64,000 nucleotides of DNA, taken from Phaeodactylibacter sp. (lineage in GTDB: Bacteria; Bacteroidota; Bacteroidia; Chitinophagales; Saprospiraceae). The first letter of the stretch is position 1. The number at the start of each line of letters is the position of its first letter. The translations under genes were made by a program, and so were the position numbers. Under the pieces are notes generated by a model. It had not been told where the DNA came from, did not search any database, and saw only the letters and a list, made by a program, of their open reading frames with translations. Below, piece after piece: positions 7,101 to 14,858 of the stretch. The stretch spans positions 72 through 64,071 of the forward strand of contig JAGFJE010000061.1 in NCBI GenBank assembly GCA_024103175.1, given 5' to 3'.

Positions 7101-10073
7101 TTGAATGGAGCCATTGGCGGACCCGGAACAGGCCGGCGGCTGCAGGCGCCCCACCACGCTGAGGCTGTCCGGCTCTTCGATGATTATGTCTTCGATCACA
7201 CTCTCACATATTCCTTCGGTGACCGTTACCGAATAGGCGCCCCCGGGCAGGCCCGAGGCGCATCGCTGCGTGCTGCCGTTACTCCAGCGGTACTGCGGCG
7301 TCCCGCCGAATACTTCCAGGCAGGCCTGTCCGTCGGCGGCCCCGGCGCAGCTTACATTTTCGGTATTGATATCCTGGACCACAGCCCCGGGCCCGTTGAC
7401 GATGACCGAGCGCAGAATGAGCCGACAGGCTTCTTCGGAATTGTCCGTTACCGTTATCCGGTAAGAGCCCTGAGAGAGATTCAAAATACGCAGCGTATCC
7501 GCTATGCCGGACGTATCGCCGCTGATGCCGTTGCTTCCCTGCCATTGGTAGGAAAAGGGGCTGGCGCCGTTCAGCGGGACCAGCGTCACCCTGCCGTTGG
7601 AGCCGGCACAGGTGCTGACGTTGGTGACAAAGAGCCGAAGGGAATCTATACTGGCGGTCGTATTTACCCGGGCGCTGTCGAGGCTAAAGCATCCTTCCGC
7701 ATCGGTAACCTGCACCGCGTAATAGTTGGTAACCCCCGGGGTGAAACTGGCCTGAATGGTAATGCTGTTGCCGGTGGCGCCGTTGCTCCAGAGGAAGGAG
7801 TAGGGGGGCTGCCCTCCGTTGGCCTGTACGCTGAGCAGGGCGCTGTTGTCCCGGCAGAGGGAAAAAGAGTCGGCAGGAGAGAAGGTGAGGCTGGGGCCGG
7901 GGCGGACCCGGACGGTTACATTGCCCACATCCGTGCACCCTCCGGGGGTGGTAGCCTTGAAATAATAAATGGTGTTCTGAACCGGGCCGACAGCCGTTGA
8001 TGGCAGCAGGCTGGCGTCCGTAGCCGGCAGGCTGGAATGAAAACTGATGGTACTGCCCGTAAAGTTGGCGTCCTGGATGTTGAGGCCGGCAAGGTCAAAA
8101 GTTGCTCCCCGGCATATTTCGGGCGCATCTGCCGTGCTTACATCGGGCAGGGGGTTGACCACCACTGAGGCGGCGGCCCGTTGGCCGGAAGCGCAGAAGC
8201 CGTCGGTTTCTTCGGCGTAGTAGGTAATGGTGATAGGCGCCGGGCCGTCATTTTCCAGCGGGATGGGGGGGCTGAAAAGCTCGCCCGCTCCGATGGGGTC
8301 GCCTCCGGTGGGGCTTTCGTACCAAAGGATGAATTTATCGAAACCGGGAACAGCCTGCAAAAAGGCATCTGCTCCGGAGCAGATCGTATCGTTGGCGGTG
8401 GCCGGCGGCGGAAGAATGGGGTCGTCGTCGTTGCCGTTGCAATTCTCATCCGTGTTATTGCAGGGAATTTCCGGCATGCCGGGGTTGATGTTGCGGTTGT
8501 TGTCATTGCAGTCGCCGGGCCGGGCGGCATAGCCGGCGGGGGTGGCGCCGATGCAGCTGCTGATGGTTTGGGCGGCATTTCCGAACCCGTCATTATCATT
8601 GTCCACATAGTATTCAAAGGCCGGAGGGCCGAGGCTGACGGAACCGTAGAAGCTGATCTCGTCCAGGGCCATATCCCCCCGGGAACTCCCGGCCTCGGCG
8701 CCGGAGAAGCGAAACTGCAATACCTGCCCGTCCGCATAATCGCTGAGGCTGATATATACCTTATGCCAGGCCGTGCCCTGGTTGCCGCTTTTTTGCCATA
8801 AGGTATTCCAGGAGAAGCCCCCATTGGCCGAAACCTCGAGCCTCAGCGTGCCGATGCCCACGCCGTACATGTGGTAATTGAAAGAAAGGTGGCAGGTATC
8901 GCTGCCCTGTTTATCCAGTTGTATACAGTCGGACAACAGATAGGCGGTTTTATTGGGCTGGCAGGCCTCCCCGGATGTCTCCAGATAGACGTAATTGCCG
9001 CCGCCGCTGATGTCATCGGAAGGGCCGGTGCCAAAAGTGGGGGTTCCTCCTGCATCCACCAGCCAGTCGAAGCCGTCGTCCCGGCTGTTGCGCCAGATAC
9101 CGGTAATGTCGCATTCGGTATCGCAGAAAAAGCCGCAGGCGGGAAGATCGTCGAAATCGGTGTGCAGGGTCCGGCCGGCGGGTATGCAGCCCGTTTCAAA
9201 GAGTACGGGGCAGGAATTGCCGGAAAAGGCGCCGTTATCACAATTCTTGCGGATGTAGATTTCGTATTGGGTTTCCGGCTGCAGGTTGTCGAGGGTGAAG
9301 GGCGGGCAGCCATTTACCGTCATGGCGGCGCCCTGCCCGGCCGAAGTCCCGGTTCCGGGGGTGAACCCCGGCGGCCCGTATTCTATTATGGAAGTTCCAC
9401 AGCTGTTGAAGGGCGTCCAGTTGATGGTAACGGCGTTGCTGTCCTGGGCAATTACGCTTACGGTTTCCACCGGAAGGCAGGAGATGGGAGCGAAGATCAG
9501 GTTGACGTAATCGAGGCGCCCGGTGTGTACCTGGGCGTCATCGCATATGTTGACCTTCCACGGGCCGTTGGGGTTGGTCGTCCCGTCATTGAAGGTGAAG
9601 AAGCTGCCCTCGGGGCGGAGGGGTTCCGCCGTAAAGGGAGCCTGGGCTTCGCTGACGGGAACGCAGCTTTCCATGGTAAAGCGAACCGGGGCGCCGCAGT
9701 TCGGCACATTGGGGTCTCCGTAGTTGTCCTCGCCGCCCCCGTTGTCGAGGGTGAGCGGTATGGTGACGCCGGAGGGAGAAGACAGGGTAATGTCCAGGTC
9801 GTTGGCCCAGGGGTGGCGGATGATGAGTTGCACCTCTTTGAGAAAAACGTCGCCTCCCAGGCGGATGCCCGGCGCGTTGTTGACGTTGACCACCACCTGC
9901 TCCGGGTCGGGGACGACATTCACGGTGGGGTCACAACCGGCATCCGGAATATTCAACCCAATGGGGCATTGGGATGGGTTGTTGACGACAACGCTCTGGG
10001 CGGCGCCGGAGAGCGGCTGGAACAGGAAAAAGGCCAATTGCAGAGCTATTGAACGTAGGGGCAATTCTCTCAT
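4104..10073 (-). CDS. Giant (1989 aa) secreted multidomain surface protein: P-domain, FN3, MAM, Cys/Asp-rich metal-binding-like motif, 15 SprB repeats and a T9SS type A C-terminal sorting domain
   Basis: N-terminal signal peptide. P-domain-like LIIRHPWANDLDITLSSPSG. MAM-like region (GFDWLVDAGGTPT...LRLEVSANGG...GDMALDEISFYG). YVDNDNDGFGN...CNDNNRNINPG motif. Fifteen ~75-aa repeats each carrying GG.PPY.[FY].WSNG-type cores. C-terminal NLFPNPTSGELWLEL...YWLVLRSGG. Confidence 0.85.
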   Translation of the reverse strand: MRELPLRSIALQLAFFLFQPLSGAAQSVVVNNPSQCPIGLNIPDAGCDPTVNVVPDPEQVVVNVNNAPGIRLGGDVFLKEVQLIIRHPWANDLDITLSSPSGVTIPLTLDNGGGEDNYGDPNVPNCGAPVRFTMESCVPVSEAQAPFTAEPLRPEGSFFTFNDGTTNPNGPWKVNICDDAQVHTGRLDYVNLIFAPISCLPVETVSVIAQDSNAVTINWTPFNSCGTSIIEYGPPGFTPGTGTSAGQGAAMTVNGCPPFTLDNLQPETQYEIYIRKNCDNGAFSGNSCPVLFETGCIPAGRTLHTDFDDLPACGFFCDTECDITGIWRNSRDDGFDWLVDAGGTPTFGTGPSDDISGGGNYVYLETSGEACQPNKTAYLLSDCIQLDKQGSDTCHLSFNYHMYGVGIGTLRLEVSANGGFSWNTLWQKSGNQGTAWHKVYISLSDYADGQVLQFRFSGAEAGSSRGDMALDEISFYGSVSLGPPAFEYYVDNDNDGFGNAAQTISSCIGATPAGYAARPGDCNDNNRNINPGMPEIPCNNTDENCNGNDDDPILPPPATANDTICSGADAFLQAVPGFDKFILWYESPTGGDPIGAGELFSPPIPLENDGPAPITITYYAEETDGFCASGQRAAASVVVNPLPDVSTADAPEICRGATFDLAGLNIQDANFTGSTISFHSSLPATDASLLPSTAVGPVQNTIYYFKATTPGGCTDVGNVTVRVRPGPSLTFSPADSFSLCRDNSALLSVQANGGQPPYSFLWSNGATGNSITIQASFTPGVTNYYAVQVTDAEGCFSLDSARVNTTASIDSLRLFVTNVSTCAGSNGRVTLVPLNGASPFSYQWQGSNGISGDTSGIADTLRILNLSQGSYRITVTDNSEEACRLILRSVIVNGPGAVVQDINTENVSCAGAADGQACLEVFGGTPQYRWSNGSTQRCASGLPGGAYSVTVTEGICESVIEDIIIEEPDSLSVVGRLQPPACSGSANGSIQLEAFGGTPPYSFLWSTGGAGANAGNLMGGNYSVTITDANDCSLIRTFTLPAPPQLAVGPDSLAAPSCHGLADGFIKASAQGGTLPYQYTWSNGSNAPLIVNLRRGNYTLTVTDFNGCQSVRPFSLNEPAPVGLSVVDIVQPECVGDKNGEIAVAASGGTPPYQYGWSEPGTDSLLLNLPVGTYYAYATDANNCPPDTLAVELSAVSILDLDIAVASPGCIGQETGSISLQPNGVPPFSYTWCRGDTTPVINGLDTGYYCVRIEDGEGCLYDTSIVLTALQVFQANTNVVQPTCFGTGDGLIDINLLQTGQPPVEFRWNDGATGAMRLDLADGDYIVTISDANGCRHVPPAISIESPPRLELGLEGVGEINCFGDSTGFIEVTVRGGSSPYAYNWVGQNYTGEDLFGIPAGNYRLLVQDANSCPIDTTFTLGQPPPLTAGITVTADDICEGGAVQELAAEVNGGSPPYALQWSNGSTNTFLAGPEPADYVLSVTDANACTAESLSIKVDENVEPFRLEQFSVDQVSCNGADDGCATAVVSGGYSGYRFHFSNGAIRQNVGDSVTICGLAAGNYRVTVTDQATGCTAISPLLPLSEPPPLFFRRDSIEEVNCFSSNDGGIYTTATGGTAPYFYTWFDERDTLVGISGDLLDVPAGKYIGYVTDTHGCTASVMGTVPSVSALIRDTLVNIQHVRCKGEADGAISLTVLGGSPPFTYAWNNGRTTRDISNLPPGAYSLTVTDTDTCEAIFGNFVVEEPATVLEVNVEADTISCFGATDGAVEASISGGSPPYSFEWYFEGMLIPMPDTNRLDELEAGAYALILRDSNNCVREYEFELPEPERINISIDISPPNGQQGGMATAIVTGGIPDYSFLWSTGGTTATIPVVVGMEYSLTVTDQAGCQATASVIVSSTYETELVRSANLFPNPTSGELWLELQLTEAMPLELYVQDALGRVWLERPLDALPEQRVQMDAGRLPAGAYWLVLRSGGRLVYSGRFVVGW

Positions 10074-10427
10074 TAGTAAGAATTTGGTTCATTTCTGGGA
10101 TCAGGCCTTCCGGCAGTCCAGGAAACCGGGGGGCCGAAAATTGACATCAAATATAGCGTGTTTACTCGTATGGGGATGATCGCAAAAACGAAAAGCTGAG
10201 GCCAATTCTTTTCAAATAGCTATAAAGTAACCAATTCTGGCTCACATTTTGAAGAAAAAATTGCCAATTTGGGCAAATGTTGGCGCATACCTGACGGAAA
10301 AGGGGCCCGGCTCGGATAAGAATCAGCCTTTCGTCACCGAGCCATTACTTTCCTCGGCGCCGAAACGCTGGCCATCTTTTCCGAGGGGGAAGGCGGGGCG
10401 CCTTCCATAGCCATTTTGGCCTCAGCC

Positions 10428-13088
10428 TCAATACACCACCGTCAGCGCCCCATTCTCCACAATGACCTGCCCGGTGACCAGCTCCAGCTCGGCCACGAAG
10501 GCGTAGATGCCCGCCGGCACCAGGTTGCCGTTGAAGACGCCATCCCACCCGAAACCAGGGTCATTGGGCGGGAAGTCTTCCCGGCTGTACACCATGTTGC
10601 CCCAGCGGTCCATGATGCGCAGGGAGGCAACGCGCTGGAATTCGGGGCCGGTATTGACGAAGAAGACGTCATTGCGGCCGTCCTCATTGGGAGAGAAGGC
10701 GTTGGGGATGTAGTAGCGGAATTTCTGCTCCACAAAAACGGTGAGGTTGTCCGCGGCGCGGCAGCCGTTGATGTCGGTGACGCTAACCGTGTAGGTGGTG
10801 GTCTGTTTAGGCATGACGAGGGCCTCGGCGCAGAGGTTGCAACTATCTGGCGCCGGGAACCAGGATATGGAGCTGATGTCGGCGCCGCCGCCGGTGATGA
10901 TGGCCCTCAGCAAGAGGCTGTCTCCCAGGCTGATCCGCGGAGGGTTCTCTCCGGAGGCGGGGACGAGTTCGACGGCCAGTTCGGCGCCCGCCTCGACGGT
11001 GATGTCCGCACTGCCGTCGCACTCATTGCCATCGATAACATAAACGGTGTAGTTGCCGGCCGAGAGGTTGAAAAACTGGGCCGAGGGGCCGTAGTTCTCC
11101 CCATCGATACTGAAGAGGAACGGTTCCACCCCGTTGATTACCGAATCGACGCTGATCACCGCCTGCCCCTGGACGAAGCAATCGCCGGCAAATACCGAAA
11201 GCCGGGGTTCGGGGAAGGTGACCTGCTCTTCGACCACAGTTGTGTCGCTGGCGCGGCAACCGGACTGCAGGTTAATAACCGTCAAAGCGTAGACGCCGGG
11301 CGCCTGGGCTTCGGGTGTGGCGCTGGCCGGGCCGTTGAGGGCGGCCCCTTCGATCACTTCCCAGGAGTACTGGTATTCAGGGCCGCTGCTGGTGGCGGCG
11401 CCTCCCAGCGTGGCGGTGGTGTCGCCGCAGTTGAGAGACTGGGGCTGGCCCGCATCCGCAACGGGCGCAGGCAGCACCCCGATCTCTACTTCACTGGCGC
11501 TGGGGGCGCAGCCGGCCGGGCCTTCCACGGAGTATTGGAAGGTATAGGCGCCGGGCGCCAGCTGAGCCGGGTTGACGGTGGCCGCCGCCGGGTCGAAAGC
11601 ATTGCCGCTGGGTACGGTGGAAATGTCAGTCCAGGCGCCTCCGGCCTCTTCTCCACTGAGAATGTCCTGTAGCTGAAAGAGGGTTTCCGTGCCGGTACAA
11701 GCTTCCTCCCGGCCGCCCTGGCCGGCATTGGCGGGTTGGTTCACCTCCACGAAGAGGGGAGGGGGGAGGTTGGTAAAGACACAGTTGGGCGCGCTGCTGT
11801 CGACAAAGGAATTCACTGTTACGGTAAAGGACTGGGGCGGGCTGAAGGAAAGGCTGGTTTCCCCGGATTCAACTCCTTCGAGGATAAAGGGCAACTGGCC
11901 GGGGTCTACGATCATGGAAAAAGGCCCTGCGCTGGTAGTATTGATGTTCAGGGTGAATTGGGCCTCCTGGCCCGCGCAGATCGCGGTGGGGCCGTCGAGG
12001 GTGACTTCCAGTTCCGGGCAGGGTTGGGTGCGGCAGCTGACATTCGTTGTGCTGTTTCCGCAGGGGCCGTTGCCCAGGGCAGTGACCTCGAAGTCGGCCG
12101 GCGTATCCGGGGGCAGCCCTGCCAGCCGGTAGGTGGTGTCGTTGACAAATACTCCGTCCGGGCCGTTGAGCACATCCACTTCGTATCCGGCGGCGCCGGG
12201 CACGGAGGCCCAGGAGAGTTGTATGGCCCCTGTCGTGCTGCTGCAGCTGACTACCGGGGCGGCCGGGGGCGCGCTAAGCGTTACGGTGACGGAGTCCTGG
12301 TATTCGCAAACCGGGCTGAAGGATATGTCGTCGAGGGCAAAGTCGTTGCCCGCCGGGTCTTCATTGACGTTGACGATGCAGATGCGGGCAGAAGTGGCGC
12401 CGCCCGATGGCCAGTACTGGGCAAATTGCTGCCAGTTGCAGGTGTTGGCTGAGGCGTCGTACCGGGCACCCAGGGGCGCTCCGTTGATATAGAACTGCAG
12501 GCTGGCGGGGTTCTGGGAGACCACCGACGTCACCCAGGCGCTGAAGGCGTATTCCGTATTGGGCTGGACGGTGACCGTCTGGCACCAGACGCTGTCGGGG
12601 TTGCCGGAGCCGTTGACCACCATCATATTGCCGCTGGAGCTGGTATGGTCGGCGCAGTTGGCGAATTGGTTGTGGGTATTTCGGGGGTTGGTGGCGATGG
12701 CATACTGTCCTTCCTGGGTGAGCAGCCCCACCGGCCCGCCGGTGCCGTAGATGTAGTCGCTGTCGAAGCCATTGTCGCCGGCGCTGAAATTGCCGTTGAA
12801 GATGAGGTTCTGGGAGGACACCGAACGCACCGTGAGGGTGTAGGTGGTGGTGGCGTTCACCGCCGCTGTGGTTTGAAGGCCGTTGGGGTTGGCAATCCCG
12901 GAAGTGGGCGACCAACTGGCGGACAGGGGGGTAGGGCCGCTGAACGTGCCGTCGAGAGAAATACTTTCTCCCGGCTGGCAGATCGTGACGTCGTTACCGG
13001 CATCAACCGTTTCATTGCAGTTTTGTGCGCGGAGGCCGGCCGTTGTCCAAACGATCAACCCCATAAAGGCGATCAGTTCCTTCTTCAT
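10428..13088 (-). CDS. Secreted 886-aa protein with CBM-like and FN3/Ig-like domains and a T9SS type B (gliding-motility CHU_C-type) C-terminal domain
   Basis: Signal peptide. DAGNDVTICQPG Ig-like start. IFNGNFSAGDNGFDSDY (CBM4_9-like). FN3 (LSWASVPGAAGYEV). C-terminal YIPNAFSPNEDGRNDVFFV...GWDGVFNG...PAGIYAF, characteristic of type B sorting domains. Confidence 0.85.
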   Translation of the reverse strand: MKKELIAFMGLIVWTTAGLRAQNCNETVDAGNDVTICQPGESISLDGTFSGPTPLSASWSPTSGIANPNGLQTTAAVNATTTYTLTVRSVSSQNLIFNGNFSAGDNGFDSDYIYGTGGPVGLLTQEGQYAIATNPRNTHNQFANCADHTSSSGNMMVVNGSGNPDSVWCQTVTVQPNTEYAFSAWVTSVVSQNPASLQFYINGAPLGARYDASANTCNWQQFAQYWPSGGATSARICIVNVNEDPAGNDFALDDISFSPVCEYQDSVTVTLSAPPAAPVVSCSSTTGAIQLSWASVPGAAGYEVDVLNGPDGVFVNDTTYRLAGLPPDTPADFEVTALGNGPCGNSTTNVSCRTQPCPELEVTLDGPTAICAGQEAQFTLNINTTSAGPFSMIVDPGQLPFILEGVESGETSLSFSPPQSFTVTVNSFVDSSAPNCVFTNLPPPLFVEVNQPANAGQGGREEACTGTETLFQLQDILSGEEAGGAWTDISTVPSGNAFDPAAATVNPAQLAPGAYTFQYSVEGPAGCAPSASEVEIGVLPAPVADAGQPQSLNCGDTTATLGGAATSSGPEYQYSWEVIEGAALNGPASATPEAQAPGVYALTVINLQSGCRASDTTVVEEQVTFPEPRLSVFAGDCFVQGQAVISVDSVINGVEPFLFSIDGENYGPSAQFFNLSAGNYTVYVIDGNECDGSADITVEAGAELAVELVPASGENPPRISLGDSLLLRAIITGGGADISSISWFPAPDSCNLCAEALVMPKQTTTYTVSVTDINGCRAADNLTVFVEQKFRYYIPNAFSPNEDGRNDVFFVNTGPEFQRVASLRIMDRWGNMVYSREDFPPNDPGFGWDGVFNGNLVPAGIYAFVAELELVTGQVIVENGALTVVY

Positions 13089-13515
13089 GGATTGGATGGT
13101 TTTTGTGCCATACGGCTAGACATTCACGTGTAGATGTGTAAAGGTGTAAAAGAATTTGCCTCAAGTCCTTTATACCCTTACCTTTTTACACCAATGGGCT
13201 GAAATGTCCAATAGTATGATCTGATATAAATTTTACAGTTGATTATTCCGGTGTTTGAGTTAGTTATGTAGGGTGTGTGTGGGCAAGCGGAGAGCCCGGG
13301 TGTTGCCTCCCCGGACGTGCAAAGATAGGAATTCCTGGATTAGTTTAATAGCGGGGGAAGCTTTCTTCGGGTAAGGCTGTTGAATACAGAAAACAAAACA
13401 GCCCGGGCTTCGGCTGGCAAACCAAAGCGCGGGCTGTGTAAATTTATCCGGTACATAAGGTTGAGCAGTTTCGAAGGCCGTACAGGCCCCGGGCGTTCTG
13501 CCCAGCCTGACAAGC

Positions 13516-14820
13516 TTACTGGTTTTCGTTCAGCGGGATCGGGAACTGTGTGAACACCTGGTCGCCCGGGCGGTCGATCGGCAGGTAGTCTGCATTCAGC
13601 AGGCCGTATCGGCGCAGGTCGAACATGCGGTGCCCTTCCGCGAACAAGGAATAAGCGCGGTGGTAGAGGAGTTCTTCAGTGAGGGCCTCTTCGGTAACTG
13701 CGCCAGTGTAGTCGCCGAGCCCATAGGCATTGCGGATGACGTTGAGGGCAGTCACGGCATCGTCGAGCTTGCCAGTTTGCATATTGGCCTCGGCGGCGAT
13801 CAGGATCAGCTCCTCATTGCGGATGATGCTGATGGGCGCCGTGGCGGAGGGGTAAACGGCAGATTCGTGCGTGCCGTTCAACCCGTCCTGGCTGGTCGGG
13901 TTAGGCCGTTCGTTGAACTTGCTGATGCGCGTGTCGCCGGCTTTCAGGTTGTTGATGATAAAGTTGTGGACGATGATCTGGTCGCCGCTCTGGTTCAGCG
14001 GGCGGAACACCGGGTTGAGGATGTCGCCGGAAGCGGTGCTGAAGATCATCTCCGGGCCTTCCTGGAGGTCGCCGTTCAGATCGTAGAAGGAGTTGTCGAG
14101 ATAGCCCTGGGCCTGCCCGTAGCGCTCCGACCAGATGGCGGCGCGGGCGGCCACGGCGCGGTTGAACCGGGCGAAACCGGCGGGGTCGTCGTAGCCGGCA
14201 AACCCGCTGGAAAGCTGGAAGGTGAATTCTGCACTCTGCAGCTGGGTGTAGGCCTCATCGAGCATGCCGAAGATCGCGTCGAAAGCGGCCTCCTTACTGA
14301 CGAATGGCCCCAGGTTGTCGGGGTCGGCGACGTCGACGCGGATGCCGTTGTCGTTCAGGCGCATCAGCTCATTCATCAGCATGAGCGCCTTGATGGTCTT
14401 GGCGAACCCTTCGTAGCCGTTGCGCTGAGCCGTCGTAACTGCGGTAGTATTGGCAACGCCTTGCAGCAACAACTCGCAATTCCGGACCACTATAAAGGCA
14501 TTGCCATAGGATGCCGTCAGATAGAAGGTGTTGTTGTCGAGTTGGGCGCCGTCTTTACCAAGCAGGTCTTCGGTATTCCGGGGGTCCGCATCGAAGAGGT
14601 AGAGTTCCCGGGCGATGGTGCCGGTGGAGGTGATGTAGCTGTCCCGGTTGTTGCGCAGGCGGGACTCGGCGCCGTACACCAGCAGGTCGAGCTCGCCGGT
14701 AGTGGCGTCATTGGTGACGCTGGTAATGCTGGGGCCATTGGGGTCGACCTGGTCCTCGATCGTGCAGGACGAAACGGCGGTCATCAGGCCCAACAGGATA
14801 AATAAAGTTATATTTTTCAT
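13516..14820 (-). CDS. SusD/RagB-family nutrient-binding outer-membrane lipoprotein
   Basis: Lipoprotein signal (AVSSC). Located 38 nt downstream of SusC. Family-like C-terminus (RAYSLFAEGHRMFDLRRYG). Confidence 0.85.
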   Translation of the reverse strand: MKNITLFILLGLMTAVSSCTIEDQVDPNGPSITSVTNDATTGELDLLVYGAESRLRNNRDSYITSTGTIARELYLFDADPRNTEDLLGKDGAQLDNNTFYLTASYGNAFIVVRNCELLLQGVANTTAVTTAQRNGYEGFAKTIKALMLMNELMRLNDNGIRVDVADPDNLGPFVSKEAAFDAIFGMLDEAYTQLQSAEFTFQLSSGFAGYDDPAGFARFNRAVAARAAIWSERYGQAQGYLDNSFYDLNGDLQEGPEMIFSTASGDILNPVFRPLNQSGDQIIVHNFIINNLKAGDTRISKFNERPNPTSQDGLNGTHESAVYPSATAPISIIRNEELILIAAEANMQTGKLDDAVTALNVIRNAYGLGDYTGAVTEEALTEELLYHRAYSLFAEGHRMFDLRRYGLLNADYLPIDRPGDQVFTQFPIPLNENQ

Positions 14821-14858
14821 AGGAGTAAATCCTTTTTTGGTTCAGATAATGGTTTTCC

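Noticed and set aside
10388-10406. Hairpin GGAAGGCG-GGG-CGCCTTCC downstream of the 886-aa gene as a terminator.
   Set aside because: The stem is short with no U-tract on the relevant (minus) strand. Several comparable GC hairpins occur by chance in this GC-rich spacer.
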